Positions 13,397 to 26,204 of a stretch of 64,000 bases of DNA are shown here, in pieces (the stretch's first letter is position 1; each line of letters opens with the position of its first letter). A model generated the notes under the pieces. It did not search any database. It was not told the origin of the DNA and saw only the letters and a list, made by a program, of their open reading frames with translations. The translations under genes and the position numbers were made by a program. Source of the DNA: Amoebidium appalachense (lineage: Eukaryota > Protista > Ichthyosporea); NCBI GenBank assembly GCA_963693365.1, contig CAVNZM010000012.1, positions 2,480,001-2,544,000 of the forward strand, in the 5' to 3' direction.

Positions 13397-14726
13397 GGTG
13401 GTTGCTGACTGCTTGGGAGCTGATGTTACGGTGGTTAGAGTGGCTCTGCGTTTACGGCTCACTTGTTCCCTCAACCTCGTTACTGCCATATCTCCCACGA
13501 TGTTCTGCACGTCCTGGTGACACTTTGAGTAGTTTCATATCGTGGTTAAAATGTGCAGTTGTATTTATCTCGACACCGTGTGTTATCAATATGGTACAAA
13601 ACGATTGAAAGACATTTACTTACACTATGAATTGAATGGCGACTAAGTGTACAACGTGGGCCACCATCACCATATATATGCCGTACGTTCAAAAAAAGTT
13701 GTGTCAAAAACATTAATGTGCACGTACTCTTTCATAGAGCAGTTGTTCTTAGTACGTCGTATAGTGTGCGTACGTCATCTATACTCCTGAGCTTGCTTAG
13801 CATTAAAGCAAGTTTACCATGCTCTTCGCCTGTCCATACATAACAAATTTGTCCGAGGAACACAATAATCTTGATCACTTGCGGTGTATACCATTGCACA
13901 TGTACATGTGTGTAGCTTGCTTGTCTCGCTATCCTAGCTATAGGGGAATCACAATCACTAACACAATGATGTAATAGAACTGTGCAATAATTACCTCTGC
14001 AGTCACCGGGATGGGATCACAGCTCATCACCACAACATGCTTCGGAAGGAGTAACCGTTTAAAACTTTCGGCCCGGGGCGTTTTGTCGAACGACTGTTTC
14101 CGCGCGCTTTTAGGAGTTTGACCAATCAACTTCCTGGATCTTGCCGAGTGGGTTAAGTTTGACCAATCAGATTACTTTTGAGAAGTTATTGGCGGCCATG
14201 GCGATAATTCCCAGGATGTGGGTTTCAGACATCTCCCGAAAAGATGCACTCTAAATTCTACTTATGCTCTTTAAAGCGAGACTCTCTTTAATTTAGGATA
14301 ATTCTATTGCAAAATAATTAACAAAACTATTATTGGCTATTTATATGCTACAGTTTTGTCGTAAGCTAATTGAAAAAAGAAGGTTGTGAAATACCACATT
14401 CAAAATTTGAAACTTTAAATAATTTCATTGGGGCTCAATGTGATGAGTCTTGGGGGTTAGCTTCCATTTCCACAGAGAGTTATGATTGGCCCTGATCGAA
14501 CCGCCTGGTCCTCTAGGCTGTTTGATTGGCCATGTTGAAGTGTCACAACTCGTGTTCCCACCGGTAACCAGCCACCTGCTCTATGTACAGAATGTCCGGA
14601 GGAGAGAGAGACGGAGAGGAAGAGGGAGCGGGGGGGAGGGGGAGAGGGGGGGGGGAGAAGGGGGGGAGGGGGGCGGGCGAGGGAGGGAGGGAGGGAGGGA
14701 GGGAGGGAGGGAGGGAGGGAGAGAGG

Positions 14727-14863
<137 letters not shown>

Positions 14864-15840
14864 GGAAGGGCGGGGGGGAGGGGAGGGGGTAGATCTGTGT
14901 GTGTGTGGGGTGGGAGGGGGGGGGGGGATCTGTGCGAGGAGAGCTGGGGGGGGGGGGGGGGGGGGGGAGGGGGGGGGGGAGGATGTGCTCTTGAACGGTA
15001 CGTTCACCCATGTGCAAGAGTGCATGTGTACACCAAGATAGTATCATAACTTGTGCTCTGTGGCATCATGGAGGGACACGGCTTTGCAGCAAACCATCGG
15101 AACTGTTACAGGGAATGGCCACGCTTCAAGACAAGAGAAACGTTTACTACAAAATTCATATATGCATTAGGAGGGGGAGCTGAGGAAAAACAGCGCTGCT
15201 TCTCAGGAGAGGCCCGTCAATTCGAAAAAGGGCTGCGATAAAGAAAAAGAAAATAGAATTGGTGTGAGAAGGAGGGAGAGAAAAAGATAAAGGGGGAAAG
15301 GGAGTTGAGGGAAAGATTTGGAAAGACAGAAACTAGTTGGAAGGAAAGATCTAGACCTAGAGCGAGAGAGTGCTCAGGAGGGATGGGGGGGGGGGGGAAG
15401 GGGGGGGGAAAGAGGGCAGAGGCCGAGGTTGAGAGAGAGTGTGTGTGTTTCAAATCGGCAGAAAAAGGGGAGAGGGATAGGGAATCAAATAACACCATGT
15501 AACCTGAAGGAACGTTGCTGATGCAGCTTGAAGCGGTTTGGATGTGCCGTAAGCAGGATTCATGAGCTTGTGTTTGCATATTGTGCAAAGTAGTTGATAT
15601 CAGGTGATCACCTGAGGTGTGGGTGTGCTGGGTGTGAGGGACTGTGTGTGTTCGAATGTGATCATGATCTGAGTTTACGTGCTTCGGAATGTGCAACTAT
15701 GGCTAAGTAAATCCCTAACAGTGCACAATTACAGTCACAGACACGAACGTACACTGTGACATCAGACGTGACACACATACAGACACACATTTACATGCTG
15801 TAGTATGACACACACACGCGCATACATACACACACACGCA

Positions 15841-15880
<40 letters not shown>

Positions 15881-15905
15881 ACATACACAAGCACACACAG
15901 ATATG

Positions 15906-15991
<86 letters not shown>

Positions 15992-16998
15992 CATGCACAC
16001 ACACACTAACACACAGACACACATACGCACACTCGCACACACACACACACACACCGTGACACACACACACATATATACACACGCACCCAGACATACACAC
16101 TTTAACACAGACACACAAGAATTGGACACATATATTAGCAAGACCACACACACACATACGAAGATTTTCAGGTGTCTGCTTTACCGTTCTTTTTCACAGT
16201 CTGCAGTGACTGTCCCTTCGTACCCCCCATCCCGTTTTTCTTCCTTCCCTCCCTTTATCCCACTCTGCCCCACTTAATGTCCTCTCCTCTTTCTCTACCT
16301 TCAAGTTGCCCTCGAGACTTTTCTACCTTTAAGCATATTCGTGATCCCTTTCCCGCCCTTATAAGGTCGGGCTTTCACCAACCCGTTTCATCTAAAGTCA
16401 GACCATTATCTCCGATGCTTTCTCTCTATGCCTCAGCCCTCAAACTCTCCCCATCCCTCCCCCCCCCCCCCCCTACCCCCTTCCCGCCCTCCCCCCCCTC
16501 CCTCCCCCCCTCCCCCTCCCCCTCCACCCCCCTCCCCTCCCCCTCCACGCTTCCGGGCCCCCACTCCTCGAATTCACAAATATTAGGAGGTTCTTTCAGG
16601 CTCTCTCTTCTTCTCGTTGTCATTTCGTTTTCCTTCTTCTTGGTCCTTTTTTTAACGACAATTCTTGAACGTGGGGTGGAAACATTATGGGGGATGGGAG
16701 TGGGCGAACCAGAACATGGTGTCCATTCTTTTTCAAAAAGAACAGGTGGCAAAGGATTCCGTGCACGGGGGGCGAAGGAGGAGGGAGAGCAGGGGAGGGG
16801 CGGCGGGGAGTAGCGGGGGATGGTTCAATGTGGAACAGAATTCGAATCGCGATGGGCCCGGGGATAAGGCTAGATTTTGTATGGCTTGTTTAACATGGGG
16901 ACAGCGGGTCTGTTCTGCTCAAGTGCAAAAGCTCTTTTGGAGGAAGGGCTGGGATGGAATCCTGTTTTTTTTGATTGGTGGGTGTTTTTTTTTTTTTT

Positions 16999-17029
<31 letters not shown>

Positions 17030-17057
17030 GGTAAGAGAGAGTCTGATGATGTGTGTT

Positions 17058-17156
<99 letters not shown>

Positions 17157-17657
17157 CGCGTGCGAGTGCGTGTGGGTATGGGTGTGCGTGTGGGTGTGCG
17201 TGTGGGTGTGCGTGTGTGCGCGCGCGCACGCGTGTGTGTGTGTATGTGTGTGTGTGTGCGCACACACACGGGCGGTGTGGTGTCACTTGTGACTGTGATT
17301 GTGGTGGGTGTGTGTGTGTGACGGTCTGCAAAAAAGGGGATCGGAATAGTTCGGGAAAGAATAAAAATGAGGAAGACTACAAGAGCCAGTCGGAGGTACC
17401 AACCCCTCCCGGCCCCTTCTCCTCCCCCCCCCCCCCCCCCATAGCCACCCCACCTATTGTCTAAACTTACCAGGGTTTGCAGGATTTGATGCCCTCATGC
17501 TTGTCATCAGCCTCAGAATTAAAAGCTGCCCCCCCCCCCCCCCCCCCTCCCCCCCTCCTCTTCCCTCCCCCCCCCCCCCCCCCGGAAAGCCGCAGAATGA
17601 AAAGACTCCCCCCCCCCCCCCCCCCCCCCTCCTCCACCCCCCTCCCTACTCCCCCGT

Positions 17658-17692
<35 letters not shown>

Positions 17693-17705
17693 GGTAGAAT
17701 GAAAG

Positions 17706-17748
<43 letters not shown>

Positions 17749-18710
17749 ACCCCCCTCCCCCCTCCCCCCGCGCACAAGAGCGTGCTGTAGTGCCACAAGT
17801 TGGGTTGCCACAACTCCAGTGTTTCCGCTTTTTCATTATGATTGTACTTTTAATTTTTGTTGTGAATTTATCATTGTTGTGATCGCGGATGACCCGGATT
17901 ACTACCAACGATACATACTAAACGTTACTTTTACATATTCATGCATTAATCAATGAACAAAAAATCGTATGATACAAATTGTACAAATACATATGCTACC
18001 CGCTAGCCACTGACCGCGGAACACACATATAAAAACGGTGCTTGCACAACATATTGACTGTTGTGTTCGCTCAGTGCAAAATATACGGAATCACTGTGAA
18101 TGCAGGCAAAGAAAAACGGAGTCTCTTTCGAATTAACTTCTAATTAACAGCCCCACTCTGTAACCTAAGCTAGAACATCGGAACCTAGAGCACACACATG
18201 AACGAGGCACAAGGTGGAAAATAAAACGGAGTTACGTCTACGACGGTCTACGGTGGTAAACAAAAAAGTTAAAAGGGATGAATGAAGGGTATTCCGTACG
18301 AAAAAGATGGCTTAAAGCTTTGCAAGCCGGGAGCACAAAGGCGGGTGAGGGGAGAGGAAGGGCAAGATTGGTTACTAGTACACTTAAAAAGAGTGGAAAG
18401 ATGAAATGGAAGGGCGGAAATAAAATGGCTTATCGGGGACAAATAATAACGGGGATGCCGAGTTAGTATCCCCACTCAACCTATAAAACCCTTACAAAAA
18501 GCACTACAGATAATCTTATCCCACCTATTACTTTTAGCCCGTTATGTGTACACGAATATGTAAGATGCTTAATTTACACACAATGAAGATCTGAAACGCA
18601 TCGTCACTCCCACCATTTTCGGTAGCTGCATATATGAAAGAACGTTAAGAACACATACCTGTCCACCCACCGGATACGGTAGTGCTCTGCACGTACGGCA
18701 CACACACCTA

Positions 18711-19496
18711 TTATTCATCCTCATTCACTTCAGTTACCTGCCGGTAGAAGTGCGTGTTCTCCCGGCTGTCCGGGTGCACCTCCATTTCATAACACTTAAA
18801 CATAGCCATCTCTCTCATGAATTTCTCGAGCTCCTTCCTGCTCGTGAACACCGTCTTAGCCACCCCCTCGCGGTTGTATTCTTTGGTTGAGAAAGTAGCC
18901 ACAACCATGACCGTTTCGTTAAAGGAAATGTGGTTCGGCCTCCGTCGGGTCGCGGGCTCCTGTACATCCGAGTGCTTTCGCTTTGAACACGATGTAACTG
19001 AGAAATTCTGCTGTGTTTGGACTGGAACCTCAACTTCTTCTTCCGCGGCTAGGGCCACATCCGGGGTAGTGATAGAGGGTGGGGATTCGGGAACCGTTGG
19101 AACAACCGCATATTCCTCCTGAACCTGCGCATTTAACACGACGTCTTTAACGGGTATGTAGCTCGCTTCCTCTTCGAACAAAAGACTTACAGGAACACTG
19201 GGGAGGCCTGGCTGCACTACAATGAACTCGTTTTCTTTGGAATCATTCATGGACTCCTGGCTACCTGCCGCTTGGATGGAGTTCGGTTGCACTGTGAGTA
19301 TCTGCTGTGTGCCTTCGAGTTCGCTGTTTCGTGCGAGTATTTGCATCCACGTACCGGCCATGCGATAGACAAAAGTCCAGGACCAAGAGGAGGGGGATGC
19401 ACTGCTTGCTGCAAGTGTGTCCATGTGGAAATCTGTTGTGTATTGGTTAGGCCCACCATACAGAAGGCGTGGGGTGGCAATAGCTGCTGCGGCCAT
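18711..19496 (-). CDS. Intronless protein phosphatase 1 regulatory protein with a PHACTR/neurabin/Bni4-type C-terminal PP1-binding domain
   Basis: 261-aa ORF free of simple repeats. The C-terminus HISFNETVMVVATFSTKEYNR...EMAMFKCYEMEVHPDSRENTHFY matches the recalled pattern (RVxF-like)...Y[DN]R...E[LM]xxFKxxEMEVHxxSRxxTxF of PHACTR/Bni4 proteins. No RPEL repeats are visible. Confidence 0.8.
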   Translation of the reverse strand: MAAAAIATPRLLYGGPNQYTTDFHMDTLAASSASPSSWSWTFVYRMAGTWMQILARNSELEGTQQILTVQPNSIQAAGSQESMNDSKENEFIVVQPGLPSVPVSLLFEEEASYIPVKDVVLNAQVQEEYAVVPTVPESPPSITTPDVALAAEEEVEVPVQTQQNFSVTSCSKRKHSDVQEPATRRRPNHISFNETVMVVATFSTKEYNREGVAKTVFTSRKELEKFMREMAMFKCYEMEVHPDSRENTHFYRQVTEVNEDE

Positions 19497-20525
19497 TCTT
19501 CTTTTCGTTTTTGTTCGCTACTATCTATGTGTATGCTGAAGTTGTTCTTCTGTTTCATGAAGAAAGGTAAAACAATCGAAAGGAATCGGCAAAGTTGGTA
19601 AAGGGATTTATTTGTGCCGTGTTGTTGACTTGGTGGTTAACGTTATGGTGTTTTCTAAAAGGGAAATAGCGAGGTTTTAGATCTACACTTCTCCAAGGGC
19701 AAAACATACGACTCTAATCTCCCCTTCGTTATTCTTACGCGAGGCGCTAATGATGTCGGCAATATTAATAATACACCAAGAAAAGCTCAAACTTCGGAAA
19801 ACTGCCGCGCTTTTCACAGCTGCGCTTTCCCTAACGGAGAGCAACAACTGAGCCCACGCATTCATGTTTCCGGCTTTTTGTTTGCTTCATCAACTATCAA
19901 AAATCTTGGAGCCAGCTCAGGAATGTGATTGGGGCAACTTAAAGAAGCCAATCGGGTGTAGGGAGAGCACCATTAAGTATCTAAAATGTCTGATATTACA
20001 AAATAATGTTGGTTTCAAAATATTTAAAGGTTACTTCAGCGGCTTGTTATCCAATAGTGAGCCTAAAACTAACGGATTAGATCCTGAAACGAATGTCCGT
20101 ACATAATCTCCATATATGGTTAACAATAAACAAAAGCGCCACACTTTTGCAATGTCAAAACTCCTTATGATTGGTCGTTTCTGCTACACCTATTCTCTTC
20201 AACGTTGCACTACGGTTGTTGAATAGAGAACTGAACATTTGAAGAACAACTCCATTTACTTGCTTGAGTAGCACTACTGAGTAACAGCTGAATCCTCTTT
20301 TTCAACGTAAAACATTGATAGAACTATATGAAAAAAACTTGTAACTTGTTGTCGACACTTTGCGGTGGACAGGAGCCTTGAACTTGAAGGAGTGAGAGCT
20401 CCGAGAGAGGAGCATCTCATTGGTTTACAGTCATACGCTATTTTTACCCGTTGCTTGCTATTGGTCGTATCTAATCCACGTTTGGCTTCTGACTTCGGAT
20501 ATCAAGTTCAACATTTGTCTGTATA

Positions 20526-21461
20526 CATAGACCGGTTTAGAAATGTTTTTTTAAAATTCTGCCTAACCTTATATGGCTCACCGGAACAACTCGAATCTTG
20601 TGATTGGTTGCGCCAAAAGGAAGGGCCAAGCTCAGGCGGTGACAGGCCAAAATCTCAGACCGACAGCCTCTCAAAAGCAGTTAAGCCCCGATTTTACTTA
20701 GTTGGTTTTCGTCCATAAATAAAAGTTTTAGGAAAAATAAAGGTGCGCAAAAATGATATAAGAAGTCGGGGTGCTCCGACAACGCCTACATCGCTAAAAT
20801 CATCAAAACCCGTCTTGCATAGCCTCTTACCACCTTGCATCGAGGTCGATCGTCTATGATGAAATTTAGATTTACTAAATTGAGAATCTCAATGTGTTTG
20901 CTTCGCTCTAGGGAGATCCAGCCAGCCGAACTGGCGAAATGAAGGGCTGAGTGATCGGCGGTTATATACCATATCCTGCTTATAATGCTTACAAAAAAAA
21001 TTGAATAGAAAAGGGGTTTTGCTCCATTACTGAATAACTTGATAAACAAAGCGACAAGCAATTCTTGTATAAGCAACATGGGGTGTCCGGCGCCTATTTC
21101 CTGGCGAAAACAGGCAAAATCCATAATTTCATCATAGACGATCCACGCAAGACGGGTTTTGATAAGCATAATTTTAGCGATGTAGGCGTTGTCGGAGCAC
21201 CCCGACTCTTATATCATTTTTGCACGCCTTTTTATTTTTCCTAAAGCTTTTTCTTATGGACGAAAACCAACTTTCTAAGTAAAATCGGGGCCTAACTTGC
21301 TTTTGAGAGGCTGTCGGTCTGAGATTTTGGCCTGTCACCGCCTGAGCGGCCCTTACCTTGGCCCCTACTTTTGGCTCAACCAATCACAAGATTCGAATTG
21401 TTCCGGTGAGCCATATAAGGTTAGGCAGAATTTGAAAAAATCATTCCTAAACCGGTCTATG
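20526..21461. mobile_element. Non-autonomous element with ~290-315 bp terminal inverted repeats (CATAGACCGGTTTAG...CTAAACCGGTCTATG)
   Basis: 20526-20818 is a diverged reverse complement of 21147-21461. No coding capacity and no clear TSD. Confidence 0.7.
20848..21143. mobile_element. MITE-like unit with 19-bp perfect TIRs, nested between the long inverted repeats
   Basis: GATCGTCTATGATGAAATT at 20848-20866 and AATTTCATCATAGACGATC at 21125-21143. Its interior recurs inverted at ~21458-21732. Confidence 0.65.
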
Positions 21462-21732
21462 GTTTTTGCCTGTTTTCGCTACGAAATAGGCGCCGGACAC
21501 CCCATGTTGCTTATACAAGAATTGCTTGTCGCTTTGTTTATCAAGTTATTTAGGTAATGGAGCAAACCCCCTTTTCTATTCAAATTATTGACTTTAAGCA
21601 TTATAAGCAGGATTTGGTATATGACCACCGATCACTCAGCCCTTCATTTCGCCAGTTCGGCTGGCTGGATCTCCTTAGAGCGAAGCAAACACATTGAGAT
21701 TCTCAGTAAACCCAATTAGTAAATCTAAGTTT
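21458..21732. repeat. Inverted second copy of the interior of the 20848-21143 unit
   Basis: For example, GGCGCCGGACACCCCATGTTGCTTATACAAGAATTGCTTGTCGC here is the reverse complement of sequence at ~21050-21094, and the similarity extends over ~270 bp. Confidence 0.85.
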
Positions 21733-21960
21733 GTCTATAGCTTGGCATCGCGGACCGTCGGACACTTTGGCAAGCGTGGGCACACATGGGTATGAACGTA
21801 GACACGCACGTATACATACAATTTAAACAACTTTGTGTCAGCGGCTCTGTATTTGGGTCTCATGGCAACTTGTTGGAGACCCAATTAAGTTATGCACGTA
21901 TGTGCAGTACCTACATGTGCGGGTACATCAACACGCACCAACACACCGTACCCCCACTTT

Positions 21961-23014
21961 GAAAATGCGGGCCCCCACCGGTGGGGGCCCACATTTTCGG
22001 GATCGCATCTCTCGGGAGCTCATATAGCAATTATTACAACATTCCTGCTGAAAAAGTCTTTCCATGTGCGTCGGCCATATAGGTTTCTTTACACAGTTTA
22101 ACCATGTCTTGGTAACCTTTTCTATGAGCGAAAAACTGGTGTTTTTGGTGGCCCTCACGGTGGTGCGCCGGGGGCCCTCATAGGGAAATAGGCAATGCGA
22201 TTGGCTCATTTTGCACCATCAACCAGTCGAGGCCGATCTCGCGGCGGAAAATCAAAATTAGCGGCGGCGGAGCGGCGCCGGCGCCAGCCGCGCATGCAGA
22301 GCATGCCTGTACGTACATGCACACGTTTGCACGTACGAACGTGAGCGCATGTGAATACATACACAAAAAACGCACTATGTATGGTACGTCGTTTCAATCA
22401 GGTAAAACAACAACTTGTTCTAACTGGTAATGAAGTGTACGCATATATGAAAACAATGATCATAAAAGTGAAGCCCGGATAACACACCACATATGCCATT
22501 AATATTTGTGCAACTCTGTTGGTAACAGGAACTACGCACGCACCTGCAGGCCCCATAGCTTCAAGGTCATTAGGGTCAGCACGTGACTTTTTGCTGTTTT
22601 GAGTGGCCGTTTTCCTTATGTCTAACCTTTTTTAGTTATATAGAGAAGTGTGCAAAGGTGCACAAATGGATTCCTTGTGATGCGCCTCGTAGAACATGAG
22701 ATGTTCTGCGTGTAACCCAAAGGATGCCCCCATAGTTGATCAGCAAAGCCATATGTAAAAATCAATAGTTTTTTGTCTATTATAACAAAACAACAAATAA
22801 TTGCGCTGTGCCGATGAAACCTGAGCCGTAACTGTTTTTTTTGTGTAAAAAACGGCACTACAGTCAGGTTTTGCCCCCCTTTTCTCCCACGAGCAGAAAA
22901 ACTCTTTATACAAACCCCTTTTTTTAAGGGGTTGAGGGTCCCCGCCGGTGGGGGCCCTCTATAAGTAGCCGCAAAAATCGATCAAATTTTGGGGGCCCCC
23001 ACCGGTGGGGGCCC
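21961..23014. repeat. ~1-kb segment bounded by GC-rich palindromes (possible non-autonomous DNA element)
   Basis: Perfect 22-bp palindrome GGGCCCCCACCGGTGGGGGCCC at 21969-21990 (extending to a near-perfect 38-bp hairpin at 21961-21998) and at 22993-23014. Degenerate versions occur at ~22150-22177 and ~22936-22957. Confidence 0.6.
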
Positions 23015-23026
23015 TCTTAAGGTGTA

Positions 23027-23250
23027 GGGGCAACCCTCCAAATCCAGACGCCACCTCCAATTCGGAAGCCACTGTATTGTATTAAGACTATTTTTTTACT
23101 AGTTCTAAATAATTTTTTGCGTGCCACTTACAAACATTTTTTTTCATAACCGGCGCGCAAAAAAATATATTGAACTAATAATGAATAGTCTCAATACAAT
23201 ACCATGGCTTCACGAATTGGAGGTGGCGTCTAGATTTGGAGGGTTGCCCC
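23027..23250. mobile_element. Foldback MITE (~224 bp) with flanking TA dinucleotides
   Basis: TA|GGGGCAACCCTCCAAATCCAGACGCCACCTCCAATTCG... pairs with ...CGAATTGGAGGTGGCGTCTAGATTTGGAGGGTTGCCCC|TA. The inverted similarity extends ~100 bp per arm. Confidence 0.85.
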
Positions 23251-23839
23251 TACGTATACACCGCGCTCACCAATGGAAACACACACGCACACGTACACAT
23301 TTCATAACACAGTGCACCCATGCATAGGCACACAAAGAGCGAGACACACGCACGCACGCAAGCGCATACGCACACGCACACACGCACACGCACACGCACA
23401 CGCACGCACATGCACACGCACACTGTAACACACACACACACACACACCCACACGCGCGCGCACACCGACGTAAACGGCCGTACATGCTCACCCACCCCTG
23501 CACGGTGGACCAAACACAAATACACAGTCACGCACATGCACACGCACACAAGCACAGACACACACAGACGCACACATGCATGTTTACACAATTGCAAGCA
23601 CACCATGGTTTAAACCCACAGCCACATACACAGGCCTGGGCCCATACACACACACCGGCACATACAGTCACACGTGCACCTACACTCATACTCACACGCA
23701 CGCACGCACGCACGCACACACAGCCTGCACACACATGCACACACACACGCACGCACGCACACGCGCACGCACACACACACACACACACACAAGCACGCAC
23801 GCACACGCGTAAGTAAGGTGCACACAAACACACACACGT

Positions 23840-23920
<81 letters not shown>

Positions 23921-25238
23921 CCACACACACACACTCAAACACACACGGTACTGTAGTAGTATCACACCCACACACACAAACACACACATCAACACATTTA
24001 CAGTAAGACACACACACACACACCGTAATTTAAAAACACACATAAATATCATACAATCACACACACACTACATACGACACACATGTGACATACTACATCT
24101 AATGGACGATATCGTCACACTGACGCACAAGCACACACATCACCGTGTGATAACCACATGATCACTGTGAGGGTTTGCCTGAGAAGGAAATGGATGGTGG
24201 TGAATCTGAGAAAGGGTGGAGGAGGCGCAACTTCTGAAAAGCAGCTAAGCACAACCGGGAGGAGGAAGGGATGGAGGGCAAGGAGGGGCACGTTTTGATT
24301 TCTTTTCTTTTCTTCTTCTTCTTCTTCTTCTTCTTCTTCTTCTCCTTCTTCTTCTTCTTCTTCCTCTTCTTCTTTTTTTCTGTGTGTGTGTGGGGGGGGG
24401 GGGGGGGGGGGGGGGGGGGGAGGGGTCGGCTGCACGTCCCAGCTGGTCCAACCACCATAGTACTAAGTTAACGGCAATTGATATAACAGTGCTGTTCAGC
24501 TGGAGACCATAGTTGTCTCAGGTTACCATATCGTACGAGCATGATCTGTGGTGCCTAGGCCAGATATCCTCCGCCCTTGAACTCAGATATCACTGCAAAA
24601 TTCTAGCTAGGCGGCACCGTAGGCCTTGAGTGAAGGAATATAGATATTATTAATCCACAAGGGCAGGTACCTTTTGGGGCGAATCAGGAATAGATAAAGG
24701 TGGCTAAAAGAGCCACGGACAAGGGGAAAGGGAACCGAAAGAAAACTACAGATTATGGCCAATGGTCATATAGGCATAAATTTCAGAATCACATTTGAAG
24801 TAGCTCTTTGTATTCGTTTGTCACACCCATTTTGTCCCCTTTCAGTAAATCAAGATGTTGTTACTCATAACTTCAACTGAAATAATGTATCAGATGCCCC
24901 CCCTCCCCCCCCCCCCTCCCCCCCCCCCCCCCCCTCGACCGCTTCCTGCTTGTCGCTTCTCGTAAGCATTCCTGGCTTTAGCCTGTAGAATGAGTCCTAG
25001 GAGGGGGCCGGGTAAAGTGGCAATATGGGTGGGTGGGTAAGGCTTTTTCAGGGTGTTTTAAGGGGGTGGGTGGGTGGGTGTGGTGGGTGTGGTGGTGGTG
25101 GTGAGGGGGGGGGGGGGGGGGGGGGGAGGGGGGGCGGGGGGATGAAGGGGAGGAGCTGGTGGGGGCCGGGTTTGGTGATTGCTCGACGGCAGCATGGCAT
25201 GCCGTTGCCAGCAAGTTAATTAGGGGTTTTTGTGAAAT

Positions 25239-25281
<43 letters not shown>

Positions 25282-26134
25282 AGTAAATGTCGACGTCCCT
25301 GGGGGTGATACCCCCTCTCCCCCCACCCCCCCCTTCCCCCCCCCTCCCCCCACCCACCCGCATGCGCATTAAACATCTCTTTTCCATCACCAAAACGGCT
25401 ATATTCGTTACGGTCAACTAAACTATGAATCATTGCACGTGCACACCTTGAAGTGCTCGTATGAGTGTTGTGTGGCGGGGATTGTATGTGCGCGTGTAGT
25501 GTGGTGTGGTTGAGTTACCGCTTCATATCTGCATGTTCATGTAAATGTGAGCATCGCTGGTTTGTGCACCTCGTTTTTGTGTGTGATACATGTGTGTGCA
25601 GATAGGTGTGAGTCAAATACGTGTAAAAGTGTGCGCGTGCACGTGTGTGTGTGCGCGCGGTAAGACTGGGAGACGAGTACCGCCCACACCCGCGAAGCTG
25701 AAGGCTAGGGCCGAGGGGCAGGGAAGGGGGGGGAGGGGAGGGGAGGGGGAGGGCTGGGGGGAGAAGGGGGGAGGGGAGCCCGAGCATATGACCGGAGGGT
25801 GTACAAGTAGCCTGAGTTTGAGGGTGATCAAGGGGTCCTATTAGCAACCTTCATAGTTTTCGTCTTGGCAACTTTTATGTAAACCGATGCGAAATCATAA
25901 CTTATATGATCAGGTTATGATCTATTGTTAAATAGCCATGGCATCCTGTTGGGAGGGTGGGTCAGCCCCCCCAACCCCCCCAAGGGGGAGGAGGGGCCCC
26001 CCTAATCATTGACAGGTGGCCCCCCCCCCCCCCCCCCCCCCCCCTTCCCCCTCCCCCTCCTCCCCCCTGCCACCAGCCGGAGCATCACTCAGGTTGCATG
26101 GGTGGGTGGGCTACTCCCTCCCCCCACCCCCCCC

Positions 26135-26204
<70 letters not shown>

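Noticed and set aside
14058-14080. Short motif TTTAA(A/G)ACTTTCGG(C/G)CCGGG also at ~50854-50876 and weakly at ~41770
   Set aside because: Only ~23 nt with mismatches, and the flanks do not align by eye, so it is too little to call an element.
20786-21557. ORFs sharing EIGAGHPMLLIQELLVALFIKLF (20786-21169 minus, 21297-21557 plus)
   Set aside because: The shared peptide only reflects the inverted DNA duplication. There are no transposase or other domain motifs.
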